This document shows positions 17,521-21,386 of a stretch of 21,386 bases of DNA, one piece after another (positions within the stretch are counted from its first letter, which is position 1; the number at the start of each line of letters is the position of its first letter). The notes beneath the pieces were generated by a model that was not told the origin of the DNA, ran no database searches, and saw only the letters and a list, made by a program, of their open reading frames with translations. Source of the DNA: Gammaproteobacteria bacterium (GTDB lineage: Bacteria > Pseudomonadota > Gammaproteobacteria > UBA4575); NCBI GenBank assembly GCA_965221955.1, contig CBDCTA010000011.1, positions 1-21,386 on the forward strand, given 5' to 3'. The translations under genes and the position numbers were made by a program.

Positions 17521-18355
17521 TTTTATCAACATCCTCAATCTCATATTCCTCGTCAGCCTCATCCATCATATAAATACCAAGACCTATTCGCGTCTTGCCT
17601 TTTCCTTTGATGTCTGGATTTGAATCACGATCTCGTTTCTCCAACCAGCGGTCTAATCGCTCTAATAACTCCTGACTAAGCTTAGCGCTATGTTTTCTAA
17701 ATGCTTCTAGATGATCTAGCGGCACATTGTCATAACTGACTTTACGTTGAAACTTAGCTTCTTCTTTTTTATGAGTTAAATTGTAATCAATAGTTTTAAT
17801 TAGATCTGCTGTATCAGTTCCCAGTATTTGTAACTTATCTACATCACTTTCGTGTGGCACATATCCTTTTGTTACAAGTTTCAGTGTGTTATTGCGTGAT
17901 AGTTCAATTGCTTTAACTCTTAACAGTTCATCAGCTACTGCACGTGCCGGCATATCTCCACTATATTCATTCACTAACTCACTGAAACTTTTATCACCTT
18001 CAAATGGTAAAACTGCAGGTGAACCCGACTTCGTTCTATAACGCGTATCACGTAACCAAGCTGTTAATACTCGGACTGCGCGGTTATAACGTTCATCAAC
18101 TTCAGTATGTTCAACAGGTGGTAGTTTTTGTATACGCGCAACCTCTTTACGGTTTAAACCCGTAATTACAGAAATTCTGGAGGCAGTTTGTTTTTTGCCT
18201 TCAACTTGGAATTCTTTTTCTGCTACTTCCACGTAAACCCTTCTTACTATTTCCTCAAATGCACCAGCTGACACTCCATACCGCAAGAGTATGCGTACAA
18301 GTGGCCTGAGTATGCGAACAATCGCATGTATAACAACCTTCGAGTGTTTTTCCAT
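17507..18355 (-). CDS. DUF6502-family protein, putative DNA-binding regulator
   Basis: LRPLVRILLRYGV, SRISVITGLNRKEV (HTH-like), SFSELV...GDMPARAVADEL, FQRKVSY; lies between DUF5666 genes. Confidence 0.8.
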   Translation of the reverse strand: MEKHSKVVIHAIVRILRPLVRILLRYGVSAGAFEEIVRRVYVEVAEKEFQVEGKKQTASRISVITGLNRKEVARIQKLPPVEHTEVDERYNRAVRVLTAWLRDTRYRTKSGSPAVLPFEGDKSFSELVNEYSGDMPARAVADELLRVKAIELSRNNTLKLVTKGYVPHESDVDKLQILGTDTADLIKTIDYNLTHKKEEAKFQRKVSYDNVPLDHLEAFRKHSAKLSQELLERLDRWLEKRDRDSNPDIKGKGKTRIGLGIYMMDEADEEYEIEDVDKNDNN

Positions 18356-18382
18356 TCATCTCTAAAGTCTCAGTTATAAAAT

Positions 18383-18417
18383 AAAAAGCAGTCTCATCCA
18401 TGAGAGCTATGCTTTTT
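18383..18417 (-). terminator. Intra-operon hairpin or terminator
   Basis: Minus strand AAAAAGCA-TAGC-TCTCAT-GG-ATGAGA-C-TGCTTTTT followed by ATTTT. Confidence 0.55.
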
Positions 18418-18443
18418 ACTTTCAAGGAGTACCTGAAACTTAT

Positions 18444-19904
18444 TTAGTCCTCTAGTTCAAGTTCTTTTACTGGATCCGTAATATTATTAAACGGATCCCA
18501 CTGACCCTGCACAACTGTTAATCCAGCTGTAAGGGAGTTAAAAAATGTGGCTGCAGTGATCACTTGATCATTCAAACCGTCGTATTCAGTTTGAGCATTA
18601 GTATTAAGCGTTAAACCTAACACAGTTACCGTCCTTGCAACTGCGTCGAATGCTGTAACTGGGCCACGAACACGTGCATCTTGGTCTGGATCATCGCGCT
18701 CTAATTCAGTTGCAATAAAAGCTGAATTTGCACCAATAAATCCTCTTATTTCTAGATAATCATTCACTTGAATATCTGCAAAACTAAATGGATTATTGCT
18801 TGTATTATCTTCGAGATCAGTTTGAGGAGTAACTGTAACTACAACACCATTATTCGCCAACATTGTTAATGTATTAGCGCCTTTTGCTGCCACTGTTCCA
18901 ATAATTCGTGCATCGTTATCTTCGAATTTGACTTTAGTTGCGACTAAAGTACCTGAGCTATTAATCGTACCTTCAACTTCAAGACGTGTTCCAACTTGTA
19001 TTTGATCTGCTGTACCAAACAAGAATTGTGTATTTGCATTGGTAACTACAGTTAACCCATTTATCACAAACATGTTTGGTGAAATTACTTGAGTGACTAC
19101 ACTTTCAATTTCAACACGTGCCCCTGGATTCGCACCGCCCCCAAATGGTGCTTGAGGCTCAACTTTAGTCGCAGATAACATAAAAGAATTTGGAACATAT
19201 GCTTTATTCATATCCTTAACTTCTACAAGTTGACCTTCAACTGGTACACCATTAGCTAAATCATTTACATCTGCCGCACTGTAGTTCACAGTTAAATCAT
19301 CAATCTGGAATGTCATAGCAGCAGTATTTAAATTACGCACATTACCTATTACTTCGTAATCATTTAAATTTGCACCATTGCCTTTGTTCTCTATGAATGT
19401 AGCGATGATGTCATCATTTGCATTTCTAAAACCACTAACCTCAGCAACTGTACCCGCTGTAAGTGTTGCAAGCCCTCCATTATCAAATACTGTTTGAGCA
19501 TCTGTTATAACAGTTTGACCCATTACACTTAGTGTTCCACTGTTGTTATTCACATCAACAGGACCTTCAACATCCTCTTCAAATTCAACACTTGATGCTG
19601 AGTTATTAGAGCTTGCCTGTACAGTGACTCTCATCCCTAGATTGAGATCACTTTCTAAGACTTGTTGTTCGCCACGAATAATCATTGCATTCGTTGTGTC
19701 ATATCGAACACCATTTACAAAAACACTACTAAAACCCGTAATTGTTCCAGTACTGCTAAGTGATCCAGAAGAACCAGATGAAGCCGAATCTCCGCCTCCT
19801 CCGCCTCCGCCACTACATGCAGTAAGAAATGCAATCAATACAAATGCGGTTAGTAATTGCTTCCAAAATAAATTTTCAAAACTACCTTTATTTTCTATTC
19901 TCAT
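18444..19904 (-). CDS. DUF5666-domain lipoprotein
   Basis: Lipobox LTAC, Gly/Ser linker, GTITGFSSVFVNG, repeated modules; AAGGAG SD; paralog of 16057..17520. Confidence 0.88.
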   Translation of the reverse strand: MRIENKGSFENLFWKQLLTAFVLIAFLTACSGGGGGGGDSASSGSSGSLSSTGTITGFSSVFVNGVRYDTTNAMIIRGEQQVLESDLNLGMRVTVQASSNNSASSVEFEEDVEGPVDVNNNSGTLSVMGQTVITDAQTVFDNGGLATLTAGTVAEVSGFRNANDDIIATFIENKGNGANLNDYEVIGNVRNLNTAAMTFQIDDLTVNYSAADVNDLANGVPVEGQLVEVKDMNKAYVPNSFMLSATKVEPQAPFGGGANPGARVEIESVVTQVISPNMFVINGLTVVTNANTQFLFGTADQIQVGTRLEVEGTINSSGTLVATKVKFEDNDARIIGTVAAKGANTLTMLANNGVVVTVTPQTDLEDNTSNNPFSFADIQVNDYLEIRGFIGANSAFIATELERDDPDQDARVRGPVTAFDAVARTVTVLGLTLNTNAQTEYDGLNDQVITAATFFNSLTAGLTVVQGQWDPFNNITDPVKELELED

Positions 19905-19963
19905 TATTGACTCCTTATCAACTATTTAAGCGATAGAAGCCCAGTTATGGGCATATATTATAT

Positions 19964-20039
19964 TGGGAATTTTTTCCCATTAACAGCCAGTATACACATA
20001 TTTTATATATTTGGGAATATATTCCCAAATATATAAAAT
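19964..20039. promoter_or_regulatory. Tandem operator-like boxes TGGGAA-N4-TTCCCA
   Basis: Boxes at 19964-19979 and 20012-20027; the second is the centre of a perfect 40-bp palindrome at 20000-20039. Confidence 0.7.
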
Positions 20040-20333
20040 CGATTATTGAATGATGAGGATAAAGGATTGAAACACTGTGGATTTCTCTATTGAGAGCAGG
20101 TAAATCTACTCATAACTGAACGACAAAAACAAAAAAATATTGAATTTGGAGCGCTGCCGACATGTAATTCAAAGTAAGGCCTGCGAACAGTCTTCATTAA
20201 TACAATTTAATATTAGTAAATACTTATTGCCTGACTTGTAGTGCTCTGTTGTGCTTTGTTTGAAATTTTTTAGTAAAAGTTTGTTACGGCCGTCCAGTGC
20301 GTTTCAATAATAACAATTACTTAAAAATGAAAG

Positions 20334-20411
20334 TGGTAGCTATGGTTGGACTTGAACCAACGACCCCAGCATTATGAAGACAGTGCTCTACCAATATACA
20401 TTTGAATAGCC
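20334..20411 (-). pseudogene. tRNA-Met(CAT) remnant / att-like duplication
   Basis: Intact 3' half TCATAATGCTGGGGTCGTTGGTTCAAGTCCAACCATAGCTACCA; anticodon stem mismatched and 5' D-stem scrambled. Confidence 0.8.
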
Positions 20412-20576
20412 AAAGCCAAAGGGGCACCTTGATGATCACAAAAGAGACTTTTGGAAGAAATGTGGGCAAATACGAAATGTAGGATGCCCCTTGCAGGTTT
20501 TTCTTTTCGCAAATCCCTGCAGAAATAGGCCTTTTCTGCTCAACATCTAGCGTCTCTTGCAAGAGACAAGACTGGC

Positions 20577-20612
20577 TGGCGGAGAGAAAGAGATTCGAAC
20601 TCTCGGTACCCC
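20577..20612 (-). pseudogene. tRNA-Ser 3' fragment / att-like duplication
   Basis: GGGGTACCGAGAGTTCGAATCTCTTTCTCTCCGCCA: T-arm, 3' acceptor strand, G discriminator and CCA; no 5' half. Confidence 0.75.
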
Positions 20613-20793
20613 TTTGAGCTGCAAGCTCCTGAATTCTTGTGAGAAAAACTTCCTGAACTTGCCGCAGAGACAAATTTTTAATCTTTCCTTCGAATTTGAG
20701 CATAAACCGGAACCGAAGTTCGCTTGGACTGCATGCTAAGCATTCAGTCTCTACTACTATAACTGCATCCTTAATGAGAGCTGTCTACAATAC

Positions 20794-20823
20794 AGGACTC
20801 TTTGCTACGCAAAGAGTCCTTTT
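20794..20823 (+). terminator. Terminator-like hairpin
   Basis: AGGACTCTTTGC-TAC-GCAAAGAGTCCT followed by TTT; perfect 12-bp stem. Confidence 0.6.
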
Positions 20824-20827
20824 ACTA

Positions 20828-20855
20828 AATATCGCTTACGACCCAAAGCGGACAT
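20828..20855 (-). repeat. 28-bp palindromic site S14 (inverted orientation)
   Basis: Minus strand ATGTCCGCTTT-GGGTCG-TAAGCGATATT. Confidence 0.9.
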
Positions 20856-20901
20856 TAACTTATTTGAGGGAGTGATTATGTAGTGGTCAGATATTTCTAT
20901 T

Positions 20902-21150
20902 TCAATCACTAATTTCATAATCTGTTCTTACACCGCTTTTATGACTCCACAGCTCTGCAATTTCCTTGCTATCTTCAAGATCTTCACACACTGCCTTTAA
21001 ATCATCTAAAGTGATTTCCAAGTCATAAAAATGTTTATATCCAGAACTTACAAGTTCCTTTAGTAGTTCTTTTGGTGTAACAAGGCTATCTTTACAAGCT
21101 TTTTCAAGCATTTTTTGAAATTCTTTTTTAGCGTTAGGCCCATATCTCAT
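20902..21150 (-). CDS. Hypothetical protein
   Basis: 82 aa, AAGGA SD upstream, flanked by S14 and S15. Confidence 0.65.
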   Translation of the reverse strand: MRYGPNAKKEFQKMLEKACKDSLVTPKELLKELVSSGYKHFYDLEITLDDLKAVCEDLEDSKEIAELWSHKSGVRTDYEISD

Positions 21151-21328
21151 TGAAACTTATCCTTATAAAACAAGTTAATTCAAGACCTTTTGAATAAAAG
21201 GCGAGCGAATATATCTCCGAAATCTATATTTCGGATATATCTATAAATGAATGCTAGTAAGAACTTGGTTTAAGGGATAATTTGTAGGTTTTTTTAACTA
21301 AAAAAATACCACACACTTAAAAATACTA

Positions 21329-21356
21329 ATGTCCGCTTTTAGCCGTAATTGGACAT
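21329..21356 (+). repeat. 28-bp palindromic site S15
   Basis: ATGTCCGCTTT-TAGCCG-TAATTGGACAT. Confidence 0.88.
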
Positions 21357-21386
21357 TCTCAAGGTAAATAAAACTGAATAAAGCTA

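Noticed and set aside
152-19929. Antisense or nested ORFs (152, 613, 1511, 5553, 5584, 7660, 8488, 8994, 9934, 13281, 15736, 16963, 17309, 19543)
   Set aside because: They overlap well-supported genes or gene remnants in another frame or strand and show no recognisable motifs.
20334-20411. Functional tRNA-Met gene
   Set aside because: The anticodon stem (CTGTC/TGCTG) does not pair properly and the 5' D-stem strand is missing; treated as a remnant.
20317-20739. ORFs 20317..20703 (-) and 20557..20739 (+)
   Set aside because: They read through tRNA remnants (e.g. HNAGVVGSSPTIAT, GGEKEIRTLG are tRNA-derived translations) and are spurious.

Overview
AT-rich bacterial window, probably gammaproteobacterial, with three parts. 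(1) 1-6.8 kb: an array of short, functionally unrelated, co-oriented minus-strand genes (cytochrome c, YdeI/OmpD-associated protein, alpha/beta hydrolase, GNAT, two membrane proteins, Imm8-like protein, Met-rich repeat protein, SbtA/SbtB pair). They are separated by 13 same-orientation copies of a 28-bp imperfect palindrome, consensus about ATGTCCGCTTT-NGGYCR-WTAGCGGWCAT. This 11-6-11 layout resembles a tyrosine-recombinase (dif/Xer-type) core site, but the sequence is neither dif nor attC. Four site doublets enclose 45- or 55-bp gene-less linkers, each with CCAAC at the same offset. This looks like a non-integron gene-cassette system whose recombinase is not in the window; that reading is inference. 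(2) 6.8-20 kb: a stretch with no such sites, holding mscS, a frameshifted AstE/AspA-family gene, rimK and a RimB-like protease, corA, a large MscS, a DAACS symporter, a LapA-family gene, fused tamB-like and nuclease-like fragments, and a DUF5666-DUF6502-DUF5666 operon behind a perfect 40-bp palindrome. (3) 20.3-21.4 kb: tRNA-Met and tRNA-Ser 3' remnants (att-like scars) and one small ORF bracketed by two more 28-bp sites in inverted orientation. Family calls come from motif recognition, not database searches.
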